DNA of 64,000 nt from Lytechinus pictus. Its lineage: Eukaryota. The stretch is taken from contig NC_087250.1 in NCBI RefSeq assembly GCF_037042905.1, positions 23,808,001-23,872,000 on the forward strand, read 5' to 3'. Positions 24,301-35,534 of the stretch are shown here, piece by piece (positions within the stretch are counted from its first letter, which is position 1; the number at the start of each line of letters is the position of its first letter). The notes under the pieces are model-generated. The model was not told the DNA's origin. It did no database searches and saw only the letters and a list, made by a program, of their open reading frames with translations. Position numbers and translations under genes: made by a program.

Positions 24301-27300
24301 ATACCCAACAACCAGTAAGATTTCATGAGATAAAGTAAGATTTTTTAGTTGAAATCACAAGGAATTTACAATTTTTATACTATGTGCAGGATAATTCTAG
24401 TATACAAATAGCGAATAGGCATGAGTGCGATGGTGCGAGATTTCGCATGAGGTGAAAGAAAGATGCTCTATTCAATGAGGTGTTAGCCGAGTTGAATAGA
24501 GTGTTTCTTTCTTTCACCGAATGCGAAATCTTGCACCATTGCACGAATAAGAATATTCACTATTTGTGCTGTACAATGCCTCGGACTTTAGCGAAAACTT
24601 TTCCTGCAGTAATCTATGAAAAGGGAGCAAAATATTGAAAGCAAAAAGCAAATCCCACAAGCGCGCATGACCTTGGGCAGCATTGCACATGTAGCCAGCA
24701 AGCTATGCGCGTATTTCACCTTCATTTTTTACTGAAAGCAAAGAAATGAATCGTATTGTGACGTCACCTCCTAAATTTGTGCAACGGTACATTTTGGATG
24801 GTATGTCTTTTGTGCAACGGTACGAATGTTTGACATTCAGTCTCCCATTTGCTCGCGTACAACAAGCTAAGTAGGCGTTGTACAATATCCATAACGTAAG
24901 TAATAATAATTTCTGATTTTCATACTTCTCTGTAGGTACTGATTAGGTGGAGGAATCGAGAGGGGTCGTATCTAAAATCATTGGAATCACTAAAGAAGAC
25001 ACTCCTCAGACATGGTCTCAGTGATACTGCTCGACAGCTGCATCACATGGAATATGGACATGATTCTGGTAGGTTGTTTGGATCAACTAGATGAATTCAA
25101 CTACAACTAAGATTGATCTGTCTCCGGGCCTGTGCACAAGACCCCTCATATTTGGCCATCCCTGGGAAATATCATTGGCCGGGCCTATTTCATAAAACTT
25201 GTTATAATAGATTTTGCAATAATGATTATATGTGCATATATAAAGTTCAAGTCCACTTCAGAAAAATGTTGTTTTGAATCAATAGAGAAAAATCAGGCAT
25301 GCACAATGCTGAAAATTTCATCAAAATCGGATGTATAATAAGAAAGTTACAACATTTTAAAGTTTCACTTATTTTTCACAAAATTGCACAATTTAGTCAC
25401 ATGAATGCAAATGAGAGAATCGATGTCCTCACTATTTCTTTTGTTTTGTTATTGTTTGAATTATACAATATTAAAATTTTTACAGATTTGAGGTGGACTT
25501 GTCCTTTAATTTATCAGAAGTCTCTAAGTAAGTGCTCTACAATAATGTAGCATAATTTCCCAGGCTTAAGCAGAGCAGCTACTACCGTAAGGGCACTAGT
25601 ATTCAACCCGTTTGGAGAGTTTCCTCAAATATATAGAAATATAGAATTTACCTGAATTTCAGACCTGTCTTATTTCCAAGAGCAAATGCTGGTTATTCTT
25701 TTTCCGTTATTTTTTTATTCAACCAGTTGACTGTGTGCGTGGGCGATCGAATTATACGGCGATGGATTTTGGTACTAGTATTCAACCTGTCGGCACTAGT
25801 ATTCAACCTAGCGATGAAAGATGGCCCTGTCTCTCAATCTGTCCTTGTCCCATCCGACTATGGACTAGACCATTTGAGATGAGACCAAACAGGGAATTAA
25901 TCAAAGCCAGAGACTTACATAGATCTAGATCTAATTTATCAATCTAAACCCTTTTGAGATTTGCTATCAATCCTCACTAGGTTGAATACTAGTGCCATTC
26001 AGTGCAAAAGGCCATCGCCGCATAATTCGATCCTCCGCGCATACAGTTGACAGATTGACAAAGAAAATACCAATAACAGATTACCCTGGAAATAACAAAG
26101 GTATGAAATTAAGATAAATTCCCTATTTCTAAATATTTTGGGGATATGTCAAAATCTTTTAATTATGCCGGGTTGAATACTAGTACCCATACGGTACCTA
26201 CCCAGGGGGAGTTGGGTACTCGAATTATAACATGATACCAATTTGCTGCGCCAACTAAAAATAGGGGGCTCTGGAACTAAATCTTGGTCTTAAGGACGTT
26301 CCACAGTTAAAGTGAAATCCATGTCATTTTCACCAAACTTTGCACATAGATACTTTAGAACCTTAATATTCGAAATATGCAAAAATTAACATAGGTCCAT
26401 GTGCTTGATTTTTTGCTATAGAGCTTCAAAGTTCACCCAAATTGATGTTCTGAAGAATTGCGCATTCAAACGAATTTGGCATTTTTAGACCTCGCAAGAA
26501 TACTACAATGAGTTTAAACCTCTATTACTCAGTCAAAATACATGAAAAAGTCTTCAAATTTCGCAAGAGAGTTAATAATTGTATCGTTAGTTTAGAGAAT
26601 CTAATTGTTGTGCTATTTGTTTGCAACTTTAAGTCTAACAGCACAGTCAGTTCTTAAAAATGGCGTAAAAGATAACAAAAACCCAATCTCAAAAACGTGA
26701 AATTTCAATAACAGACTACAAAAGTACAATAAATGCTGCACTTTATTCAAAATCCATGTCATTTTCACCAAAATTTGCAAAGTTGTAGAGGAAGCTATAC
26801 TTAAGAGGTACAAACATTAAAAAATAGGGGTTCATGTGCTTGTTTTCAAACTATCAGCATTTTTATTAGAGCAAACGTGCTTTTTAAAATACAAAAAATG
26901 CGCCAAATGCTTTGTATCTATGTGAAGAAAAATCGAAACCACTCTACCATTTATTCAAACTCGGGGTCATATTCGTGATTCTTGGCAGTACTGCAGAGTA
27001 AAGTATTTTGAAATTGTAGAGATATTTTTTAAAATGGTCCATGGAATAATTCAATTTTTTTAGCTTCATAAAATAACGCATCGGATCTGCAGTTAGGATG
27101 CAGATGATGAGAAAAATCAGCTCATACCCACAGCTAATTAATCACCTGTTCATCCATTGTGACGTCAGCGCGCGGAGTGTTAAATATGCGCAGATCATAA
27201 TGCGCACAAACATAACTGTGGAACGTCCTTAAAACGTGGGTCTCCAGAACTCATTAGATCGTAGGCGTAAAACGCGCGCGCGTCTTGCTAGATTCATATC

Positions 27301-30300
27301 GGGCCAGCGCAACCTAGCTGCAGGCGCGGGGGAACTTCAGCGGGCCGGCATAATGGCTTCGCGCCTATTGAGCTTGCCACTCTGACCAGCTGAGTCGATC
27401 ACGCGTCATGATGGGCACTCTCTGGAGCGAGAAATCACAAATTTAAGGGTCTCCGGAACAAGAAAAAATGGGAATTTCTATGGCTTTCTGAATTGGTGAT
27501 GCTCTGGAATGGAAATTTTGGACGAAAATGGGGGTCTCAACCGCGGCACATACGTATAATAAATTTATACTGAGGACCCCCCTCCCCCCACAACATACAC
27601 TAACTTGATATGGCAAAGCTTGTAAACTCAAGTACTAGATGAAGTCAGAGAGAGTCTATAAGCATGCATATTTCAAAGGAGTGTTTTACTGATTTGCTAC
27701 AACTAAGATTGATCTGTTAATTTGTTGTCCCATTGAAACAGATATTTACAATCATTTGTAAATAGTAAGCTTATCTCTTTAGGTAAATTAGTTAGGCCTC
27801 TGGTCCATGTAACCATCATTATGTTCCTCTATCATTGAAAATAGTATACCCCACCCAGTGGTGGACCGAGACACGGAGGAGACAATGATTGGAGGGGCAC
27901 TGTATTGTTTGTGAACAATCGCTGTGCCCCTCCGGGTCACGGTCCGCCACTGTCCTCACTGCTATAACACAGAAACCTAATGTATTTCAGTTGGGGTATC
28001 GCAACCCTGATTTTCGTTTTCCTTGTTTACAGAGTGGTCAGCACCTCGCAGATTCCCATGAGAGATTATGGTATTAGATTGCAGCTGTTCTTTTTGTTTT
28101 CTGACGTAGTAGTGTAAACAAACTCTTACTGGGGCTCCGCTTTTAAAGGAAAGGAAAAGTAGGAAATAGATATTTTACTTGTTTAAGGGTAATTTTATAT
28201 TCAAAAGTTACTCATGATTTAGAGGAAGACCTAACTGAAAGTTTGAATGAAGCGAAATGATCCAAAAGTGGCGATATAAACAATATTAACTAAAACTGGA
28301 CCGCTGACTTGCAATGTGCTCTCTAGCTCCCTCAATTGTGGTTATCTCTCTCTCTCTTTCCCGGTGAAGGTTGCTTCTCCAGGGGAGCATTTCATCAATA
28401 TTTTCATCCGACAAGTTGTCAGATCTGACATCTTTCCATGATTTTGATTGGCTGAGAGGCACTGTTCCTATGGTAACTGTCGGATAAAATGGGACTTGTC
28501 AGATAAAACATCCGACAAGTCCTTTCATGAAACGCCCCCCAGGAGTAGGATTGCATTGCACAGTGTGTGTTTACGTTAGGTTTAGGTGTCCAGTAGTGGT
28601 GGATGCCAAAAATGGGTTTCAGCATTAAAGGATAGGTTGTCGTCGTGCACAATGGTCAGCAACTTATCACTAATTTGTAAGAACAATTCTGATTGGTCCC
28701 TGGTCAGTCTTCTGAGCAAAATGCGCATGCAACAATGATCTTGATAGGCTATTTCAGTAGTGATTACCTCTGTGCTACTTCAACATGATCTGTATTTCTT
28801 CTTTTTATTTTGATGAACTTTAGGCCCCATGGAATTAACTGAAAATGACTGCAAAGAGGAAAGCACTCCTAGCTTTATAGATGAGAAGATGGAGACCGAC
28901 GGTCCTTCAGCGAACAGCGCCCTCTCTCAAGAACAATTCTATGACATTTATCTCTATGCATCGTCAAAGGACACGCAGTATTTTCTAGCCATGGAACAGC
29001 TCATACATAGAATAGGATGGAAGATGACTTCGTGTTTTGATCTTGAACTGGGTGAACCGGTGATGGGAAGCATAGAAAAGGCTCTACTGAAATGTTCTCA
29101 CGTCGTGTGTTTGATTACGAGAGATGATTGCAATCAGGTCAACGTCGAACGAACGATGACGATCGAGATGACCTTTCAGTCGCTCGAGGATAAAGGATTG
29201 TCCAGAAGTCTTATTCCGATATACTGTGGTGTGCCGAAATCTGCCCTACCGCTATCGCTAAGAGCGCTGAGAGGAGCCAGTATTGACGACCATGACCTTG
29301 AAAAGTTATTGAGGAATAGTATTGATGAGAGCATCCGTAAAAAGAGGGAAGAGGAATTTCGCAACATTTCAGGTGAGCTGGACAAAGGCTAGTAACATAC
29401 ATTACACGATAGGAATAGGACACAATTTTTTAAACACATTTTGCACTGAATAAAGGAGGTTCAAACGAGTATTCACTTGAAGTTAAGCATATTGCGGGGA
29501 ATACTAAAATCAGAATTCTGCTTTTCCACATGCCACAAACCTTTGTGGTCAGAGTAAAGTCAAAATTGGCTTCTTGTCATAGCCAGTGTTGACGTCTCTA
29601 CTATTTGGATTCAAATTTGCTTTTCTACAGGAAGGCTCAAAGTAGACTGGAATTTTTATTGTAGTATTTATACCACTATTTTGATTTTATAGGTTGGAAT
29701 TTTCATATTAAATGCAATCACAATCGGATCCAAATTGATTGTTTAGTGTGTGCAAGGCTTTACATTGTAAGGAAAAATTACACACATACATGTAAGGAAT
29801 TCAGACTCATTTTAATACAGTAATTAACTTCTCAGCTCTCCAGCATATGTACCAACTATGAGTGTCCTGATATTTTTAGATATTTTTCTTAGAAAATATT
29901 GATGCAAAACCTCTAAATCCCAGTCAATAGAATTATTTTCCAATCTTTTTATCTTGGAAATAGGCCAGGGTATTTTGGGAGATCATAAGGGGGGGGGGGG
30001 GGCTCCCAGGCCTGACTTGAGATTGGAGGTTGTCTGAGACATAATCTACAAAATTGTATTGTAATTTATTTCATGAAAATTGCTATTAATTATGCTAATT
30101 TATGTGTAATCAGTATGCAAAATCATACTTTGTCCTCTTACTCCCTATAAGATAAAGTTCAAAATGTTCTAATTTTGGGGGCAGGCACTCTTTGTGGTGT
30201 TCCTAGTAAGTATGAAAAAATTGTGATATCAGATCAATTTCTAATGTACTATATTGTTCTTTGCAATTTCTTATATATTTCCTTTTTTACCTTTTGTTTT

Positions 30301-30972
30301 TCATTGTTTTTTCGATGAAATTTGTTGGGGACTCGTATGAGATCATAAAAAGCATAAAATAAATCTATTTAGACCAGCAAAACTAAATAATCATACATTT
30401 ATGATTTTTGGTTGATTATATAATTTGCATTGACTTTGTACACATAATCATGTTTTTGAGCAATTTTTGGTCTGAGATGCAATGTTGCGTAATTTGGGAA
30501 CCGTGTACCCGGTCTCAAAAGATGCGCAAGAATTGAAAGTAAAAAGTCTGTGAGCAGCGCGGTAAAAAATGTTGTGCAAATCGTAGGACTAGATAGGGTC
30601 AAGTCTTGTTTCGGCCAGGAGATAGCATACATGCTTTGTTTCTACCTGGGGGATGGGAGGGACGAGGGGGGGGGGGGTGGCAAAGATGACTTTCCTAACA
30701 GCATTTTGATGACTTTAATTTCTTTGATGTCTGGTTTCCGATTCTTGTCACCATAAGGACAACGGGTGACCTTTGACTGTTACAAATTTTTGCATCTGCT
30801 TGCTAGTTTTGAGAACATTGTAAAAAATATATTTAAATGGCACTTTTTTTTTCTTAGAAATAACCCTTTATCTCTCTCTATCCACCCCCCCCCCAACACA
30901 GAACTGAGCACCCATACAGACGCCAATGATCCTCTACCATTGATCTCATCAAGCGAGGCAACATTCCAATGA
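21354..30972 (+). CDS. Tandem death-domain TIR protein, DD-DD-TIR-tail, 408 aa; coding exons 21354-21639, 23415-23602, 24936-25068, 28824-29372, 30902-30972
   Basis: Acceptor at 21328, with an in-frame TGA two codons before ATG 21354. GT-AG introns with phases 1,0,1,1 give a 1227-nt frame. DD1 is NDRLMYQLAETID...LGRDLLG...FKCLYTWRN. DD2 is split over two exons: EDRFLQSLASKID...LGLPLL...EALFQ|VLIRWRNREG...LKKTLLRHGLSDTARQL. TIR is FYDIYLYAS...FDLELG...IEKALLKCSHVVCLIT...LIPIY...LPLSLRAL. The last exon is the least certain. Confidence 0.8.
23648..24000. repeat. Interspersed repeat built of CCATTTGGTC/ATTTCGTCTA units with inverted halves; second copy at about 33515-33890
   Basis: AATTGCCAATT..GTCTA...ACCATTTCGTCTCATAACCAGTTGGTCT...ATTAGACCAAATGGTA is shared by both copies. 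Confidence 0.7.
25585..26194. mobile_element. Tc1/mariner-pogo-like MITE with TA target duplication
   Basis: TA|CCGTAAGGGCACTAGTATTCAACCC at the left and GGGTTGAATACTAGTACCCATACGG|TA at the right; internal copies of ACTAGTATTCAACC. Confidence 0.75.
26294..27228. mobile_element. TTAA-flanked (Kolobok-like) non-autonomous element
   Basis: TTAA|GGACGTTCCACAGTT at the left and AACTGTGGAACGTCC|TTAA at the right. Confidence 0.8.
28381..28540. mobile_element. Roughly 160-bp MITE; second copy at about 57897-58053
   Basis: TTTTCATCCGACAAGTTGTCAGAT...GATTGGCTGAGAGG...CCGACAAGTCCTTTCATGAAACGC is present at both sites. Confidence 0.7.
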
Positions 30973-33900
30973 AGGGAGGAAGGATGAAACCAATGAAGTG
31001 AATATAATCAGAGCCATGGAGAACATTTCATAAAACTTGTTATAATAACAAACTTGCAATAGCAGTGAAAAGCTACCGAAATCCTTCAATCTGATTGGCT
31101 GATAGTAAACTTGTTATAGAAATTGTGCATTTGTTCTTATAACAAGTTTTTGTGAAACAGGACCCTGAGCAATACCCTCTCACAATTGAACCAGGTGGTT
31201 GTTTCATAAAGCTGTTCGTAAAATTACGAACGACTTTACGCACGATTTGAACCTGTTCTTGGGTCATAACTCAATTACATAGGGATATCACATAACACAA
31301 GAAAGGATCATCAGTCGTGCGTACAGTCATTCGTATCTTATGAACAGCTTTATGAAACACCCACCAGGGGCCCGTAACACAAAACTTAGTGATCGTAGAA
31401 CATTTTTCTACAACTGATTCCATTGACTACAATGTCCAATCAATCGTGAAAATCAAGCGGTCGATTAATCGCTAACCTTTGTGTTACGGGACCCAGGGCC
31501 CCTTTTTAAAAAGATTTACGATTGATCCAGTCAACCTCAACTCTATGGAAATCCATCAATGGCATATTTTTTTTGTAGTACAGGAATTCTGCTCAATGTC
31601 CTTTGTAAACAAAGAGAAGCACACCAAATTATCAAGAAATTGATGAATGTATGAGTATACAGCATATCTAGAAAATATTTTGAACAAACATGCATTTTAG
31701 TTGTTGGTGTTGCTGGCCTTCCATAGTTGTGGTTCATTGGATGAATTACAACTTTTTGTAAGATGGGGCCCAGGTCAGGTTACCACCACCTCAGACCTGC
31801 AACAGTTTGTTTTTTGGTGTTGGCACGATCGATTGCTTGGTGTCTTGCGAGCTTTCACTGTCGTTGTAGGCAGTTGCACGGGTTTCATGATATTTGGCAA
31901 AAAGAAGCAAGTTACATAAGTATCATTTGTTGCAATGTGTGTTCGTTGATTCAACCCCCCCTGAGATCTTGGCCGCCGATCGCGCGAGGGCCGCAAAAAT
32001 TTGCACGCTGGTAGTGTACGATGTAATCTACAAGGCTGTATGGTAAAATTTTCCAAAATAATGAGATTTTATTTTACATGAATTAATTATGCTAATTTAT
32101 GCATAAATCATACTTTTTGCTCTAATTCACTAAATAAAGCTCCTAGAATGCTAATTTTTGGTAAAAATATTCTTTGTAGCATTCTTAACAATGGCATTTG
32201 AAAAAAACTTCGGTTTGGAAATCAATTTCTTATGTATTTTATTGTTTTATGAATTTCTTATGTATTTCTTTGTTTTTCAACCTTTTGTTTTTCTTTGTTT
32301 TTTTCACCAGATTTATTGCACAACCTTTTTGAAGCATAATTATGCTAAAATCAATTGCTTTCAGCTGTTTAAAGTAAAAATAATCATATCTTTATGAATT
32401 AGATGAGAAAACTCAATTTGCATTGACTTTGTACACAAAATCACGTTTTGGAACAATTTTTTGTCTGACATGCACTTACAAATTGTTGCGTAATTTCTGA
32501 ACCGGGTGTCGTTAATTTGTTCTCAAAAGATGCACGAGACTTAAAAGTATAAACTCTGCGAGTGGCGCAGTCAAAAAAATTTGCGCGGCGGAATGATTGC
32601 AGAAAACGTTGAGGGGGGGTTGATTCAACCCCCCCCAGCCATTTTAGGGTTAAGACATTAAAGAATTCTGGCATTTTTTTTCTTTTATGCAATAGGCCCC
32701 TTGATTTGAATGAAAAGTCGAGCCAATTTCCACTTTGAACTGTAATTTTCTTGTTTTTATTGCATTGACAATTTGAGTGTGTAATGAATTGGTTAATTAT
32801 AACAGTTTTAATAGCAGCACACATTACACTTTAACATAATGGTATCAACATTCAATTTCTATACAACATTCTATTTATTTTAATGAGGGTTTCTTATTTG
32901 GTAAATATGGACCACTTTTCATCATATCATGATAGTAACACCAGGCCCCCAAAATCTCTCCCCCCCCCCTAAAAAAAGTAACAAAAAGAGAAAATTCCTC
33001 AAATTTCTAACATTTTATGTGCATTTGCTAGAATTCAGGGTAATAATAAAATAAAGACACTGTACGTGTTTGAGGGCATAATATCAAGTTGGTAATGTGA
33101 TAAAAGTATGAAAACGATTATAAACATGATTATGAATTTTCAAAGAATGCCCCTCAAACCATAACTAGGGACAGTTATTATCTGTTCACTGGTATTTAAT
33201 TCTAAACCACCAAGGTTCTTTACTTCAATGTGAAAATTTACCTTTGCAAAACGTAATCAATGTTTACTTTCTGTTTACATTTTCATTGACAAAATGGAAT
33301 TTCCATTTCATATACAGTTTGAAATGGTATTACAGGTTTTTAGAAATGAAAAGGGCCATTCTTATAAACAGAAAATCACTGTCCATGAATAACAAAGTTA
33401 TGAAATTTTACATTTCTAGTAAACAACTGGCTCACATGTCGTATATGAAATTCAATAAATTCCTATTTTGTTGTGGTTCATGATGAATGAAAATAAACCC
33501 TCATGAAAGGGTAAATTGCCAATTCGTCTAATGCCAACTTGAACTCATCCACTCTCCACATGGTCTACCTTCATTTAATCTAATGCCATTCCGTCCAACA
33601 TTTTGTCTAACAACCATTTGGTCCAGTCATAACTTTGTTTATGACCATTTCGTCTCATAACCAGTTGGTCTGATATCCATTTATTTTCGCCCAATTAACA
33701 CTTAGTCCAATTAGACCAAATGGTACATGGACTAAATGGCTATTGGACCAATTGGTTATTAGACAAAATGGTGAGAGGACGAAATGGCAGTTAGATCCCG
33801 ATGATATAAGACTGTAAGACAAACTGATGGTAGACCAGATGATAGTAGACGAGTTGGTAATTGGGCAATTTGGCATTAGACCAATTGAAAATGAGCACAT

Positions 33901-35534
33901 AGAAGTGTGTACATGAAATTGTGTAACGATAAATGCAAATGGTGCACTGGTAGGATCAGTTTCATTTTTTTTTTAATGGCAATTTATGAATTTCATATCA
34001 CATGACATGATGATTTCATCAAAAGAGCAAAGAAGGTTAATTTCATATTTCATGTGAGAGGGAAGTGTCAGATATTCATCGATGAGGAGTGTCTAATGTG
34101 CAGTGATGGACCATGACCCGGAGAAGACAAAGCATTGGAGGGGCACAGCATTTGTTCATAAAGAATACAGTGCCCCTCCAATCATTTGTCTCCTTCTGGT
34201 CACGGTCCGCCACTGCTAATGTACATTCAGTAGAGTAGAAAATAATGACTTAATACTTCTGGCAATAAATAAATTATGAAGGGTGTCTTTTGATTGACCT
34301 TTTTTTATACAATAACATCACGTTTTAAAATGTATGTATACATTTATAATTATTTTAAAAATCATATGATCTGAATAGGGATTGGTAATTATTTATCATA
34401 TAATGTTAGAAGTATTAATAAAAGTGCATAATTAAAGCTTTTTTTTTTGTTTGTTTTTGTTTTTTGGTCTCATTGTTGGTAAGTTTTGCAAAAGCAGCAG
34501 CAATTTTCTGGCTACATTTTCTTTTCAACCGTTCAATGATTTCAGTCCAACACAGACTTTTACAAGGACAAAGCCTGGACAGAGTAGGTGAGGGGGGGGA
34601 GAGATGGGAGGAGGCAAAAGGGGGACGGGGAGGGGATGTTGACAAAGGGGGGCACCTGGGGCAGAGAAGGGGGGGGGGGCAAGACAGAAGAAAGCAAGAA
34701 GTAAACAATTTATTTTTAAAAATATTTGCTTCATGCTGTAAAGTGTTTATTTCTTTTCAATTAAAATAACAACGATAACAAAGAAAAGACTAGAAGGATT
34801 GCCCTATTCAGCATTGATAACACAACACTCTTACAGAGGGTTCCCTCTATGTCAACAAATATATATCTTTGGTAAAAATCATTTCAGATACAGTGAAGGT
34901 ATGCAGGGCTTGAATGCCCTTATGATAGGCCTATTGTTGGCATCTAGTTATGTGAGGTTGCAGTAGTACATGGGCAAGTAACTATTGAATGTACATAAAT
35001 AAGGCTATTAAAAAAGAGTTGCCAACTCATACCCATGTGTAAATAAAAATGGCAATATTCAATAGTGTTCAGCTGTGTGCACCTGAATAGGTAGCCTAGC
35101 TTAGCCGGGTAATAATAATAGCAGGGTCCGCTGGGAGAACAGTTTTCGGAACTGAAGTGGCTACCCTGGGTAAATATACTGTATTATTATTATTATTATA
35201 GTCTCTTGAATATTAACAGTCAAAATTTTGTTATAAAAAACATTAAAAACTTATTGCACATTTCATCAGGCCCCGTAACACAAACTTTGCGATCGATCGC
35301 ATATTTCAAACGAAGAATCTGATTGGCTGAAATTTATGCATTTTATATTACATAATAAATATGTGGCAGCTGCTCGTTCATGACGTCACAAATAAAAAAA
35401 CTTAAAATTCTAATAACTTTCTTAATCTTTGATGGATTTTCCTCAAACCTGCACTAATATTATCTAATATTTTTCTGCTATTTTTACAACAAACCTTTCT
35501 TCAGGGTGAACTTCCCCTTTAACCACTTTACTCA

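Noticed and set aside
24280-24314. Micro-exon candidate between the two DD2 exons
   Set aside because: It would shift the frame or add a stop. Direct 23602/24936 splicing gives a continuous death domain.
7289-30972. Naming either DD-TIR gene MyD88 or TICAM
   Set aside because: Domain order and number and the BB loop differ from both. Orthology cannot be established without a phylogeny.
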